Of a stretch of 64,000 nt of DNA, positions 1 to 10,257 are shown in pieces. Positions within the stretch are counted from its first letter, which is position 1. Each line of letters opens with the position of its first letter. Below the pieces are notes generated by a model that saw nothing but the letters and a program-made list of their open reading frames with translations, searched no databases and was not told where the DNA came from. Position numbers and translations under genes: made by a program. The DNA is from a virus: positions 1-64,000 of the IMG/VR virus record IMGVR_UViG_3300042544_002482; one strand, written 5' to 3'.

Positions 1-1
1 C

Positions 2-1024
2 GAAATAAGACAACGAGTCCCAATTTTATATTGGCACATTTGGGATAACTTACCAGACCCACAATACAATAGAAACTTCTATGAAAGTTGTGATTGGGTT
101 GGTGGTATTTCTAAACAAACCTACGGTATTGTACATCGTGTTGGTAAAAAAACAGATAAAGTCACATTCAAACCGTTAGAGGATCATCAGATAAGTTATG
201 TTCCACACGGAATTAATCCTGACACATTTAAACCTATAGAAACTATTAGTGAGGAAGTGACTAAGTTTGTTCACGGAGATAAAAAATATGATTTTGTTTT
301 ATTCTATAATAATAGAAACATAAGAAGAAAACAACCTAGTGATGTAATTTATTCATTTAAATTATTCTGTGATATGTTACCGAAAGAAAAAGCCGAGAAA
401 TGTTTATTGTTAATGCACACAGCCTCGGTGGATGAGAATGGAACGGATTTACCTGCGGTTATCGATGACCTTTGTCCTTACAATGTTAGATTCACGGGAG
501 TTAAATTAGAACAGGATAAATTAAATGAGTTTTACAACGTAGTTGACTGTACAATCAACATTGCAAACAACGAAGGATTTGGTTTAACTACCGCAGAATC
601 CTTAATGGCGGGTACACCAATCATTGCAAATGTTACAGGTGGATTACAAGATCAAATGGGTTTTGATTTTACTGAAGACGATTATATCTCAGTAGGTTCT
701 TTACATCATAAAGGTGAGAGAGGTCAAACAAAACATGGAGAATGGGTTTTACCAGTTTGGTCATCAGCGATTAATTTAAATGGTTCAGTACCAACACCAT
801 ATATTTTTGACGATAGAGTTAATAATAATGAGGTTGCCGATGCAATCATGAAAATGTACAAATTTGGTAAAAAGAAAAGAAAAGAAAAAGGATTAAAAGG
901 TAGAGAGTTTATGATTAACAATCTATCAAATAAAATAATGTGTGATAAAATGATTGATGGTATTGATACTACATTAGAAAAATTCACACCAAGAAAAAGA
1001 TTTAACACATACAAAGTAATATGA
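2..1024 (+). CDS. GT4-family glycosyltransferase (5' truncated by window edge)
   Basis: Frame is open from position 2 (EIRQRVPILYWHIWDNLP...), upstream of the 257 start in the track; GT-B motif NEGFGLTTAESLMAGTPII. Confidence 0.85.
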   Translation, partial: EIRQRVPILYWHIWDNLPDPQYNRNFYESCDWVGGISKQTYGIVHRVGKKTDKVTFKPLEDHQISYVPHGINPDTFKPIETISEEVTKFVHGDKKYDFVLFYNNRNIRRKQPSDVIYSFKLFCDMLPKEKAEKCLLLMHTASVDENGTDLPAVIDDLCPYNVRFTGVKLEQDKLNEFYNVVDCTINIANNEGFGLTTAESLMAGTPIIANVTGGLQDQMGFDFTEDDYISVGSLHHKGERGQTKHGEWVLPVWSSAINLNGSVPTPYIFDDRVNNNEVADAIMKMYKFGKKKRKEKGLKGREFMINNLSNKIMCDKMIDGIDTTLEKFTPRKRFNTYKVI

Positions 1025-2277
1025 TTAAACCATTTTTATTATTTAGAGGACCAGTAAAAACAAGAAGTGGGTACGGTGCACATTCAAGAGACTTACTTGA
1101 AGCACTTTATAAAATGGACTTGTTTAATATTAAAATAGACAGTTGTGGATGGGGTAGTACTCCATTTACAGCATTAGAAGAAGGAAATGAATTCCATAAA
1201 TGGATTAACGATAACATCATTACATCCATAACGGAACAACCTGAAATTTATATTCAGGTAACCGTACCTAATGAATTTCAACGAGTTGGTAAATTTAACA
1301 TTGGGGTAACCGCTGGTATTGAAACTACGGTTGCACCTAAAAATTGGGTTGATGGTTGTAATAAGATGGATCACATCATTACCACCTCCACATTTTCTAG
1401 AGATGTTTTGTTACAAACAGTTTACAATGAAACTGAAAATACTACAGGTAAGTTAATTAAACAACATCGTATAGAAAAACCGATATCGGTATTATTTGAA
1501 GGTGTAGATACATCCATTTATAATAACGAATATAAAGGTATCGATGTTGATATTACGGAAGATTTTGCGTATCTTTTTGTGGGTCATTGGTTGAAAGGTG
1601 ATTTGGGTCAGGACCGTAAAGATGTGGGGATGTTAATTAGATGTTTCGTGGAAGCATTTAAAGATGAAGAGGTTAAACCTGCTTTAGTTCTTAAGACATC
1701 GTCAGCATCTTTCTCAGTTAAACAAAGAGAAGAATTTAGGAAAAAGATTGAAGATATTGTTAAACAGAGTGACACCACCACACCTCCATCAATTTATCTT
1801 CTATTTGGTGAATTAACCAATGGTGAAATGAATGAACTTTATAACCACCCAAAAATTAAATCTATGGTTTCATTAACGAAAGGTGAAGGATTTGGTAGAC
1901 CGTTATTAGAATTTACAATGACGGGTAAACCTGTAATTGCATCTAATTGGTCTGGTCATAAGGATTTCCTACCAATGGATAAGGCAATAATGGTTGGCGG
2001 TAAATTAACTGAGGTTCATGATTCGGTAATTGATGACTTTATTATTAAAGGTTCTAAATGGTTCACGGCTAACTATAACGAATTTGTTGAGGTGTTAAAG
2101 TTGGTACAAAAAGACTATGATAAGTTTCTACAGAAATCAGAATCACTTAGAGAGTTTAACTCTGAAAATTTTACGTTAGATAAAATGAAAGACAAGTTTG
2201 AATCTATCTTAAAACAAAATACAGTTCAATCAAAAGAACATAAATTGGTCTTACCAAAATTAACAAAAGTTAACTAA
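1021..2277 (+). CDS. GT4-family glycosyltransferase
   Basis: N-terminal SGYG motif; RKDVG; GEGFGRPLLEF..TGKPVIASNWSGH. Confidence 0.85.
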   Translation: MIKPFLLFRGPVKTRSGYGAHSRDLLEALYKMDLFNIKIDSCGWGSTPFTALEEGNEFHKWINDNIITSITEQPEIYIQVTVPNEFQRVGKFNIGVTAGIETTVAPKNWVDGCNKMDHIITTSTFSRDVLLQTVYNETENTTGKLIKQHRIEKPISVLFEGVDTSIYNNEYKGIDVDITEDFAYLFVGHWLKGDLGQDRKDVGMLIRCFVEAFKDEEVKPALVLKTSSASFSVKQREEFRKKIEDIVKQSDTTTPPSIYLLFGELTNGEMNELYNHPKIKSMVSLTKGEGFGRPLLEFTMTGKPVIASNWSGHKDFLPMDKAIMVGGKLTEVHDSVIDDFIIKGSKWFTANYNEFVEVLKLVQKDYDKFLQKSESLREFNSENFTLDKMKDKFESILKQNTVQSKEHKLVLPKLTKVN

Positions 2278-2528
2278 TGACATTCAAGTTCTTTACTGGT
2301 AAACAAGATATGTTTTTAAATTTAGAACCCACTCAATTATTAACATTAAGAAGACCTGAAACAATTAATGATGTTGAGTTTTGTTTTCAATTCGACAACG
2401 AGGAACCCGTGGTATTTGCAACAGGGCCAAATGAATGTCATATTCGTTTAAGTCCAACAACTAATAGTAATATGTCATTTAATGATGATGGTAGAATTTT
2501 TAAATTATTCGCTAGAGAAAGACAATGA
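2277..2528 (+). CDS. hypothetical protein
   Basis: 83-aa ORF coupled to its neighbours (TAATG and ATGA overlaps). Confidence 0.7.
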   Translation: MTFKFFTGKQDMFLNLEPTQLLTLRRPETINDVEFCFQFDNEEPVVFATGPNECHIRLSPTTNSNMSFNDDGRIFKLFARERQ

Positions 2529-2734
2529 GAAACTTCACATTTTTTAAAGGGTTTTCTAAACCAACATTAACCGCATCCTGGACTACTGAAGTGTCAGATG
2601 ATTTGATTAATTATAATACAGTTAACGCGGAACAAGAACTAACAAGAATGTTATCAGCGGAAATTGCCAGAACCATAGATGAAGATATATTAAGAAGATT
2701 AACAAGAGAAATAAACGGAGGATTAAGAGCATAA
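2525..2734 (+). CDS. small protein resembling an internal segment of T4 gp23-type major capsid protein
   Basis: LTASWTTEVSDDLINYNTVNAEQELTRMLSAEIARTIDEDILRRL matches the gp23 pattern LKAxWxxELAQDLxAxHxxDAEAELxxILxxEIxxEINREIL (recalled consensus). Confidence 0.65.
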   Translation: MRNFTFFKGFSKPTLTASWTTEVSDDLINYNTVNAEQELTRMLSAEIARTIDEDILRRLTREINGGLRA

Positions 2735-2735
2735 T

Positions 2736-3581
2736 ATGAAAATTTTAGTAACAGGGGGAGCGGGGTTCATTGGAACCAACCTAATTAAAAGATTAGTATC
2801 TGAAGGACATAATGTAGAGTCTATTGACAACTACGATAGTGGGTTAGTATCTAATCACGTAGATGGATGTAACTACCATACGGGAGACATTGAATCGATT
2901 GATTTAATGGATAAAGACTTTGATATGATTTATCATTTAGCGGGATTAAGTAGAATCCAACCATCGTTTAAAAATCCAACAGAAACTTTCAGAGTTAATA
3001 CAATTGGTACTGAAAGTGTTTGTTCGTTTGCAAAGAAAATAAATGCTAAGGTTGTTTATGCAGGTTCGTCGTCGAGATGGCACGACCCATTTCAATCACC
3101 ATACGCTTGTTATAAACATATGGGTGAAGAGATTTGTAAAATGTATAGAAAGGTTTACGGTATGGATATTGAAATCGTTAGGTTTTATAATGTTTATGGA
3201 CCAAATGAAATTGTGAATGGTGATTGGGCTGCGGTTATTGGTATATGGAGAAGACAAGTTATGAATGGTGAACCAATTACTATTGTTGGAGATGGGAATC
3301 AAAGAAGAGATTTCACTCACGTTATTGACATTGTGGATGGATTATATCGAGTGGGTATTAATAATGAAAAACACGAGGACGCTTGGGAACTAGGTACTGG
3401 TACAAACTACTCCATTCTTGAAGTTTATGAAATCTTTAAAGAAAAGTTTGGGTGTGAGAAGTTACACATTGAAGATCAGAAAGGTAACTACCGCATAACT
3501 CTACGTGAAAATAATGATGCGATTGACCGTTTAGGTTGGTCACCAGAAAATAGATTAAAAAATTATATAGATAGTTTATGA
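2736..3581 (+). CDS. NAD-dependent NDP-sugar epimerase/dehydratase (extended SDR)
   Basis: TGGAGFIG, YxxxK (YACYK), RFYNVYGP, GDGNQRRDFTHV. Confidence 0.92.
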   Translation: MKILVTGGAGFIGTNLIKRLVSEGHNVESIDNYDSGLVSNHVDGCNYHTGDIESIDLMDKDFDMIYHLAGLSRIQPSFKNPTETFRVNTIGTESVCSFAKKINAKVVYAGSSSRWHDPFQSPYACYKHMGEEICKMYRKVYGMDIEIVRFYNVYGPNEIVNGDWAAVIGIWRRQVMNGEPITIVGDGNQRRDFTHVIDIVDGLYRVGINNEKHEDAWELGTGTNYSILEVYEIFKEKFGCEKLHIEDQKGNYRITLRENNDAIDRLGWSPENRLKNYIDSL

Positions 3582-4201
3582 AAATAAGTTTTGCTATAAC
3601 TGTTTCCAAAGAGTTAAATGAGATTAAACAATTAGTTCCATTTTTATTAAAACATAAACGACCTCAAGATGAGATTGTTATTTTGTTTGACCAAAAAAAT
3701 GGTGAACAAGATGTTCTTGATTTTTTATTACCGTATAATAAATTACCAAATGTTCAGACTTGGAGAGGTTTGGATTTCGATTATAACTTTGCCGATTGGA
3801 AGAATAAATTAAATTCCTATTGTGTTGGTGATTATATATTTCAATTGGACGCGGATGAAATGATTAGTGAATATATGGTAAAGAATGTTAATGAAATTAT
3901 CTCTATGAATGAGGAAGTTGAATTATTTTTTCTTCCTAGAATAAACCTAGTGGATGGGATAACCCAAGACCACATTGATAAGTGGAATTGGAGAGTTGAC
4001 GATTTAGGTAGAATTAATTTTCCAGACTTTCAAGGTAGAATTTACAAGAAAGGTATGGAATGGATGGGAAGAGTTCACGAAAGAATCGTGGGTGTAAAAT
4101 ACTATTCACTACTACCGTCAGATGAAGAATCGTATTGTATTAAACATTACAAAAACATAACTAAACAAGAACAACAAAACGATTTATATAGTAGAATATG
4201 A
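3578..4201 (+). CDS. GT2-family glycosyltransferase
   Basis: MKISFAI start; FADWKN; LDADE DxD motif; RVHE. Confidence 0.85.
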   Translation: MKISFAITVSKELNEIKQLVPFLLKHKRPQDEIVILFDQKNGEQDVLDFLLPYNKLPNVQTWRGLDFDYNFADWKNKLNSYCVGDYIFQLDADEMISEYMVKNVNEIISMNEEVELFFLPRINLVDGITQDHIDKWNWRVDDLGRINFPDFQGRIYKKGMEWMGRVHERIVGVKYYSLLPSDEESYCIKHYKNITKQEQQNDLYSRI

Positions 4202-4746
4202 AACTAGAAGAAATATACAATCAAAGATGTTCAACTCCATCGGACATTAATGAACACTTACCAACATTGAAGAAATACGCTGAGGAGTGTGACCACATTA
4301 CCGAAATGGGAGTTAGATGGGTGGTATCAACTTACGCCTTTATGATGGGGGGACCTAAAAAATTAATATCAATTGACATTAACCCCGTTGAAAAACACGG
4401 AATTAAAGTTGAAGACTTAGTTGAATTGGCCAAAGAAAAAAATGTTGATTTTGAATTTCAATTAGGTGACACTACTGTAATTGAAATTGATGAAACTGAT
4501 TTTCTTTTTATTGATACTTGGCACGTTTACCAACAATTAAAAACAGAATTAACACTACACGGTAATAAAGCTAGAAAATACATTGGATTCCACGACACTA
4601 CAATATTTGAAACTAAAGGGGAAAATGGTCATCCTGGTTTATGGCCCGCAATTGAAGAGTTCTTATCTGAAAACCCCCATTGGTTAGTCCACGAAAGGTT
4701 TACAAATAACAACGGATTAACTATATTAAAGAGAAATGAAGATTGA
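4198..4746 (+). CDS. class I SAM-dependent methyltransferase (Methyltransf_24-like)
   Basis: EMGVR, LFIDTWH, FHDT, NNNGLTIL motifs. Confidence 0.75.
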   Translation: MKLEEIYNQRCSTPSDINEHLPTLKKYAEECDHITEMGVRWVVSTYAFMMGGPKKLISIDINPVEKHGIKVEDLVELAKEKNVDFEFQLGDTTVIEIDETDFLFIDTWHVYQQLKTELTLHGNKARKYIGFHDTTIFETKGENGHPGLWPAIEEFLSENPHWLVHERFTNNNGLTILKRNED

Positions 4747-5314
4747 GTTTATAATACCAACCTATAATAGGGTACATCACTTAATGACTATTATTAGTTC
4801 AATATTTGCTCAAACTAATCCAAATTGGTCTATACATGTTGTTGCTGATTGTCCACCTGAAGGTACTTTAGACAAAATCATGAATTTTTATAAAGATAGT
4901 GATAAAATAAAATTCACAATTTTAGAAAAAAGGTATAACGATTGGGGACATACTCCAAGAAATTATGGATTAAAAAACTCTAAAGAAGAGTGGGTTATTA
5001 TGACGGGAGAGGATAACTACTACGTTCCTACTTTTGTTGAGGAATTTTTAAAAGTTGCAACTCACAACACCATATTTGTTTATTGTAATATGGTTCATAA
5101 TTGGAAAAATAAGGATTATGTTGCAATTAAATCTCAACCAATATTAGGTCATATTGATATTGGTAATTTTATGGTTAAAAAAAGATTAGCTAAAGATATG
5201 GAATTAGACGTAACGAAAATAAACGCTGATGGATTATTTGTTGAGGATTACCTAACTCAATATCCATTTGGTAAAAGAAAAATAATAAAAAAATATCTAT
5301 ATGTCCACAATTAA
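4736..5314 (+). CDS. GT2-family glycosyltransferase
   Basis: IIPTYNR start, RNYGL, EDNYY. Confidence 0.8.
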   Translation: MKIEFIIPTYNRVHHLMTIISSIFAQTNPNWSIHVVADCPPEGTLDKIMNFYKDSDKIKFTILEKRYNDWGHTPRNYGLKNSKEEWVIMTGEDNYYVPTFVEEFLKVATHNTIFVYCNMVHNWKNKDYVAIKSQPILGHIDIGNFMVKKRLAKDMELDVTKINADGLFVEDYLTQYPFGKRKIIKKYLYVHN

Positions 5315-6071
5315 AAAGAAATGTGCAGTTTTTACTATTGTAAAGAATGAAAATTACTTCTTACCAATATGGTTAAAACATTATAAAAAATACTTTAATA
5401 ACGATGACATTTACATCTTAAATCATCAATCTACAGATGGTTCAACAGAAGGTTTAGATGTTAATGTTGAATTGATTGTAAACGAATTGGCTTTTGATCA
5501 CCAATGGTTGGTTGACACCGTTCAAAATTTTCAAGTTAAATTGCTTGAAGAATATGAATCAGTTTTATTTGCGGAATCGGATGAATTGATTTACACATTA
5601 GGTAAACCTTTAAATGAAGTTATTGATGAATTTTTATTAGATACCCTATCTATAGTACAAACCTGTACCGCTAAGGAGGTAATGGAGAACATTGGGGTTG
5701 AAAAAGAATTAGAACCAGGTGATGAGATATTCAAACATAGAAATCAATGGTTTAATGATCCGATATACCACAAAACATTATTATCAAAGATACCAATTAA
5801 ATGGGTTTGGGGTTTTCACTTCAGTCAGAATACTAAGGTTGATAAGAAATACAATTTACAACTTGTTCATTTACATAGATGTGATTTTAATTTTATGTTA
5901 AAGAGACACGAAGAAAGAGCAACCAAATGGAATTTAAAGAATGATGGCGATGGTATCGGTTTCCAACATAGAATAGGTGATAGGGAAGGTGTTTTAAAAT
6001 ATTTTAACAACATAGGAAGTAAATTAGAAATAATTCCACAAGAACATAAAGACGCATTAAATGGTATATGA
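5301..6071 (+). CDS. GT-A/GT2-like glycosyltransferase
   Basis: TIVKNE..LPIWLKHY, STDGS, ESDE, GFH. Confidence 0.7.
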   Translation: MSTIKKKCAVFTIVKNENYFLPIWLKHYKKYFNNDDIYILNHQSTDGSTEGLDVNVELIVNELAFDHQWLVDTVQNFQVKLLEEYESVLFAESDELIYTLGKPLNEVIDEFLLDTLSIVQTCTAKEVMENIGVEKELEPGDEIFKHRNQWFNDPIYHKTLLSKIPIKWVWGFHFSQNTKVDKKYNLQLVHLHRCDFNFMLKRHEERATKWNLKNDGDGIGFQHRIGDREGVLKYFNNIGSKLEIIPQEHKDALNGI

Positions 6072-6087
6072 TTAAAAAAATTTTTAT

Positions 6088-6510
6088 ATGGAGATAGACC
6101 ACCCATTTAAACCTAGAGAATGTATAGATAAGAAACCAACATTAATGATATTAAAGGGTAAGTCAATGGTTGGTAAAACAAATTTAGGTTTTTTATTGAA
6201 AAACACACCTAATTCATATTATGTTAGTTTAGATCAATTAACATTAGACGAAAATTTACCTATCGATCGTATTAAAAATTTTAAAAATAAATTAGGGTAC
6301 GATTTTGCATCTAAATCAATAAATCAATTTTATGATATTGTTTTTAAATATAAACTAGTTTTTATTGATTACTGTTTTGATTTCATTTCAAATAAACAAT
6401 TTGATTTATATTTGTTTGACAGTACATATTTCAATAATGAGGAGTTTTTAAATGACTTTATCAAAAAATTTGAAGATAAATATTATATATGGGTCACAAC
6501 TAGACCTTAA
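6088..6510 (+). CDS. small P-loop NTPase/kinase-like protein
   Basis: Walker A GKSMVGKT followed by YVSLD. Confidence 0.5.
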   Translation: MEIDHPFKPRECIDKKPTLMILKGKSMVGKTNLGFLLKNTPNSYYVSLDQLTLDENLPIDRIKNFKNKLGYDFASKSINQFYDIVFKYKLVFIDYCFDFISNKQFDLYLFDSTYFNNEEFLNDFIKKFEDKYYIWVTTRP

Positions 6511-6521
6511 AAAAAGAATAA

Positions 6522-7616
6522 ATGAAATACGATTATTTAATTGTAGGTTCTGGATTTTTTGGTTCAATATGTGCATACGAACTTAATAAAATCGGGAAAA
6601 AAGTTTTAGTTATTGATTCGAGAAATCATATAGGTGGTAATTGTCACACCGAAAATAAAGATGGTATCAATGTCCACACATATGGTCCTCACGTGTTCCA
6701 CACATCTAATGAAGAGGTATGGAAATGGATTAATCAATTCGTTGAATTTAATAACTTTAGATTGAACCCGGTTGCAAATTATAAAGATGAATTATATTCT
6801 TTACCTTTTAATATGTGGACATTCAATAAGTTATGGAACGTTACAACTCCAGAACAAGTTAAACTTATTATTGAGAGTCAATCTAAAGAAATTGGTGAAC
6901 CTACTAACTTAGAAGAACAAGCAATTAAGTTGGTTGGAAAAGACGTTTACGAGAAACTAATCAAAGGGTACACAACAAAACAATGGAAGAAAGACCCAAA
7001 AGAATTGCCAAAAGAAATTATAACTAGATTACCGGTTAGATTTACATTTGACGGTAACTACTTCAATGACAAATATCAAGGTATTCCAATTGGTGGGTAC
7101 ACTCAAATATTTGAAAAACTATTGAATGGTATTGAAGTGAGGTTAGGTGTTGATTATTTTAAAGATGAATTACCTGAACACACTAAAGTAATTTACACTG
7201 GACCGATTGACAGGTTCTTTGATTATAAATTTGGTGAGTTGGAATATAAAACAACTAGGTTTGAACATAAACATTTTGAAACATCGAATTATCAAGGAAC
7301 TCCACTTATGAACTATACCGAACAGGAAATAGAACATACTAGAGTAATTGAACATAAACACTTTGAAAGTGTCGACACGCCAACGACTTGGGTTTCTTGG
7401 GAATATCCTCACACATATAAAGCAGGTGAGACAGAACCATACTATCCTGTGAACGATAAAACGAATACTGAGATATATTCAAAATATAAAGAAGAAGCGA
7501 ATAAACTAGATGATAAGATTTTATTCGGTGGTAGGTTGGCGGAATACAAATACTATGATATGCATCAAGTAATTGCATCGGCATTAGATTTTATAAATAA
7601 AGAAATTAATAAATGA
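6522..7616 (+). CDS. glf: UDP-galactopyranose mutase
   Basis: GSGFFG FAD motif, HIGGNC, YGPHVFHT, EPYYPVN, GGRLAEYKYYDMHQ. Confidence 0.96.
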   Translation: MKYDYLIVGSGFFGSICAYELNKIGKKVLVIDSRNHIGGNCHTENKDGINVHTYGPHVFHTSNEEVWKWINQFVEFNNFRLNPVANYKDELYSLPFNMWTFNKLWNVTTPEQVKLIIESQSKEIGEPTNLEEQAIKLVGKDVYEKLIKGYTTKQWKKDPKELPKEIITRLPVRFTFDGNYFNDKYQGIPIGGYTQIFEKLLNGIEVRLGVDYFKDELPEHTKVIYTGPIDRFFDYKFGELEYKTTRFEHKHFETSNYQGTPLMNYTEQEIEHTRVIEHKHFESVDTPTTWVSWEYPHTYKAGETEPYYPVNDKTNTEIYSKYKEEANKLDDKILFGGRLAEYKYYDMHQVIASALDFINKEINK

Positions 7617-8725
7617 ATATAACATTCGTATTAGCGGTATTAAATAAATTAGATTTAACGAAGGATTGTTATAATCATTTACGTAAACTATATCCTGAAA
7701 CACCATTAGTAATTAGTAGTGGTGGATCTTCAGATGGAACTAAAGAATGGTTAGAATCTTTGGACGATGAGTATGTTTCATATTTTCACGATGATGAAAG
7801 GTTAACATTTTCTGACACCTATAACGCCGGTATTAAATTAGTTGACACGGAGAAGTTGGTGTTGATTCATAATGATATGGTAATCGGTGAACAATTCTTA
7901 GAGAACTTAGATAGGTTATTGGATGAGAACCCGAACACTTTACTATCGTATACCACAATCGAACCTCCTATCTTTAAAGGTCATAAGAGACCTGGTAAAG
8001 TGTTATTAGATTTAGGTTCATCATTCCACAATTTCAACCATACATTATTTGAACAATACGTTCAAGAGAATAAGGATAACTGCAACATATATGATGGTGC
8101 TGTTTTCTTTATGAGTGGGTTCAAGAAAATGTTTGATGACATTGGTGGTTTCGATGGGTTTAGTTTTGTTCCATGTTTCTGCGAAGATGATGATTTTCTA
8201 ATTCGTGCGAAACTAAAAGGGTATCAACTTAAAACCACGGACTGTGCAATCACTTATCATTTTGTTTCGCAAACATCTAGATTCAGTGATGACTATAGAG
8301 ACCAAAGAAAAATATATGAGGTTTGTTCAAATAGAAACTTCGTTAGGAAATGGGGGTTACCATTCTCAGCGTTTAATGAGATTAGGTATTGGGAAGAGAA
8401 GGAATTTAAATATAAAACCTTCTCAATGGGATTAACAACTAGAAATAAGAGTAGGATGTATGAGATTGAATTATTCTTCGATAAAATCGATTTAGGGGAC
8501 ATTCCTGAGGATTATATTGAGAATGAACAAAAGAATACACGATATGATTTAAGGTCGAAATTTACCCTTACAGACACCGTTGACGTAATGATTTATGAAA
8601 CCGCTCCATTCACAGATGAAGACATCTATACTTTGAACCGATTAAGGTTATCTTTACCTCTTTATGAACCCGGACAATACAATATAGGTAATATGTTAAT
8701 AGAAATAAAAAAGGAGATTAATTAG
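7613..8725 (+). CDS. GT2-family glycosyltransferase with C-terminal extension
   Basis: SSDGT, HNDM, IGGFD, EDDDF..R, YHFVS. Confidence 0.85.
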   Translation: MNITFVLAVLNKLDLTKDCYNHLRKLYPETPLVISSGGSSDGTKEWLESLDDEYVSYFHDDERLTFSDTYNAGIKLVDTEKLVLIHNDMVIGEQFLENLDRLLDENPNTLLSYTTIEPPIFKGHKRPGKVLLDLGSSFHNFNHTLFEQYVQENKDNCNIYDGAVFFMSGFKKMFDDIGGFDGFSFVPCFCEDDDFLIRAKLKGYQLKTTDCAITYHFVSQTSRFSDDYRDQRKIYEVCSNRNFVRKWGLPFSAFNEIRYWEEKEFKYKTFSMGLTTRNKSRMYEIELFFDKIDLGDIPEDYIENEQKNTRYDLRSKFTLTDTVDVMIYETAPFTDEDIYTLNRLRLSLPLYEPGQYNIGNMLIEIKKEIN

Positions 8726-9197
8726 CTCCTTCTTTTTTTACTTCCTTTTTAATCAGTTTAAATAGTACCTGATACTTGTCTTTTGTTTTACCCGCATCCT
8801 TCAAATCTTCTTTTGTGATTTCAGGATATTCAATTTCAATTTCCTGATTTAAAAGTACACCGTATTCATTATCAAATTCGATGTATTGAGGGTTAATAAC
8901 TTTACCGGTTACATTACCTTCGTCGTCTTTAACTTCATTGTACATCTTTACCAAGATGCCGCCATTACCATCTTCTTCTCCATACTTTTTGATTAATTCA
9001 TCTCTTAAAGTTTCAACCTTACTTCTCTCACCTTTAAGTTCTGTTGAAAAGTCACTCAATTCGTATTTCAAAATGATTGAAAGGTTTTGTTTACTAAATC
9101 CTTCAAATACTTGTTCTCCGGTTTGTGGGTCCGTGTATCCGTTTATTTCACTTTCTAATTGTAGAACGTCTCCTAATTTTAATGTGATTTTTTCCAT
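8718..9197 (-). CDS. hypothetical phage protein (acidic, helical)
   Basis: 159-aa ORF with its own upstream promoter; converges on the GT operon. Confidence 0.75.
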   Translation of the reverse strand: MEKITLKLGDVLQLESEINGYTDPQTGEQVFEGFSKQNLSIILKYELSDFSTELKGERSKVETLRDELIKKYGEEDGNGGILVKMYNEVKDDEGNVTGKVINPQYIEFDNEYGVLLNQEIEIEYPEITKEDLKDAGKTKDKYQVLFKLIKKEVKKEGAN

Positions 9198-9218
9198 AAA
9201 TTTTTAATTATCTTTTAT

Positions 9219-9247
9219 AATATATATCTTATTTTCAAAAAAGTAAA
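9219..9247 (-). promoter_or_regulatory. sigma70-type promoter TTTACT-17-TATATT
   Basis: Intergenic; same -10 and spacing as five other sites. Confidence 0.55.
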
Positions 9248-9249
9248 CA

Positions 9250-10257
9250 CTATATAATCGTTAAAAGTGCGTACGTCATCATTAACGAAATCCATACAAT
9301 TAGAGCTTTCAAATAGGTCATAAAACCAGTATGAAAATACTTCTGACCTATGGGTAAACATTTATGAGATGGGGAAATCAAATATGCTGAATACTCCAAA
9401 GTAAAGAATAGAACGAAATATTGCATACCAAACACACTCGTCAGTAAACTAACAATACCCGCATATTTTGCTGAAGACCCCAATAAAAATGACGCTAAAA
9501 ATCCTAACACAGAAACAATTATAATATGTTCAGGTTCACCATATTGTTTAATATATAATTCTATTACATCGTAATAAGACCCAACAATGTTACCTAAAAT
9601 TATAACCAAACCAACAATCCATATTAGTTCCCAATCAATGTAACTAAGTATTTTATTCCAACTCTTAGAGTAATATACCAACCATGCCGTAAATCCAGTG
9701 AAAAACCCAAAATAATATTTGGTAAGAAACACACACATTAATATGGTTACCAAAAATGGTATAACCACCATGGTTATGTTTTGCATATTAATTGGTTCAT
9801 CCTTAACTTCAATATCTATTTCATCATCTTTTAATGATAAGATATAATATGTAATATACAATACAGATATCAAAAGTAATGGCCAAATATATGACATGAA
9901 TTGAGTATAGGTTAATCCTAATACCGCCATTGGTATAATAACAGTTTTTTCTATTGGTGACCATAAATAATAATGGTGTGTTGACAAATAGTCAATGATA
10001 CCAAACTTCTTACGTTTCTTATTATCAACGGGTGCAATACTATTTAACATACTCGCAGATAAAGCCACTCTACCTGGTATTGGTAATATACCTCCGAATA
10101 ACGATACTAAAAATACCACCATTCTTTTAGACTTAACTTTTTGTTCAAGCAGTCTGAAGATGTCCATAAGGTATCCTCTTTCTCTGAGGATACCTGTTAC
10201 GAACATAATGAATATTAAATAGACAAGAAACTCTTGTCCTTTGATTAAAATCTCCAT
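9250..10257 (-). CDS. multi-pass inner-membrane transporter (ion-transporter superfamily, DUF401-like tentative)
   Basis: About 9-10 hydrophobic segments; GGILPIPG, THHYYLWSP, SPSHKC motifs. Confidence 0.65.
   Translation of the reverse strand: MEILIKGQEFLVYLIFIMFVTGILRERGYLMDIFRLLEQKVKSKRMVVFLVSLFGGILPIPGRVALSASMLNSIAPVDNKKRKKFGIIDYLSTHHYYLWSPIEKTVIIPMAVLGLTYTQFMSYIWPLLLISVLYITYYILSLKDDEIDIEVKDEPINMQNITMVVIPFLVTILMCVFLTKYYFGFFTGFTAWLVYYSKSWNKILSYIDWELIWIVGLVIILGNIVGSYYDVIELYIKQYGEPEHIIIVSVLGFLASFLLGSSAKYAGIVSLLTSVFGMQYFVLFFTLEYSAYLISPSHKCLPIGQKYFHTGFMTYLKALIVWISLMMTYALLTII

Noticed and set aside
7592-7599. T4-type TATAAATA late promoter on the plus strand
   Set aside because: Lies inside the glf coding end (FINK) within a translationally coupled operon; probably chance in AT-rich DNA
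1-8725. Bacterial O-antigen/capsule locus
   Set aside because: No wzx/wzy/ABC export genes; context is phage virion genes and a capsid-like fragment
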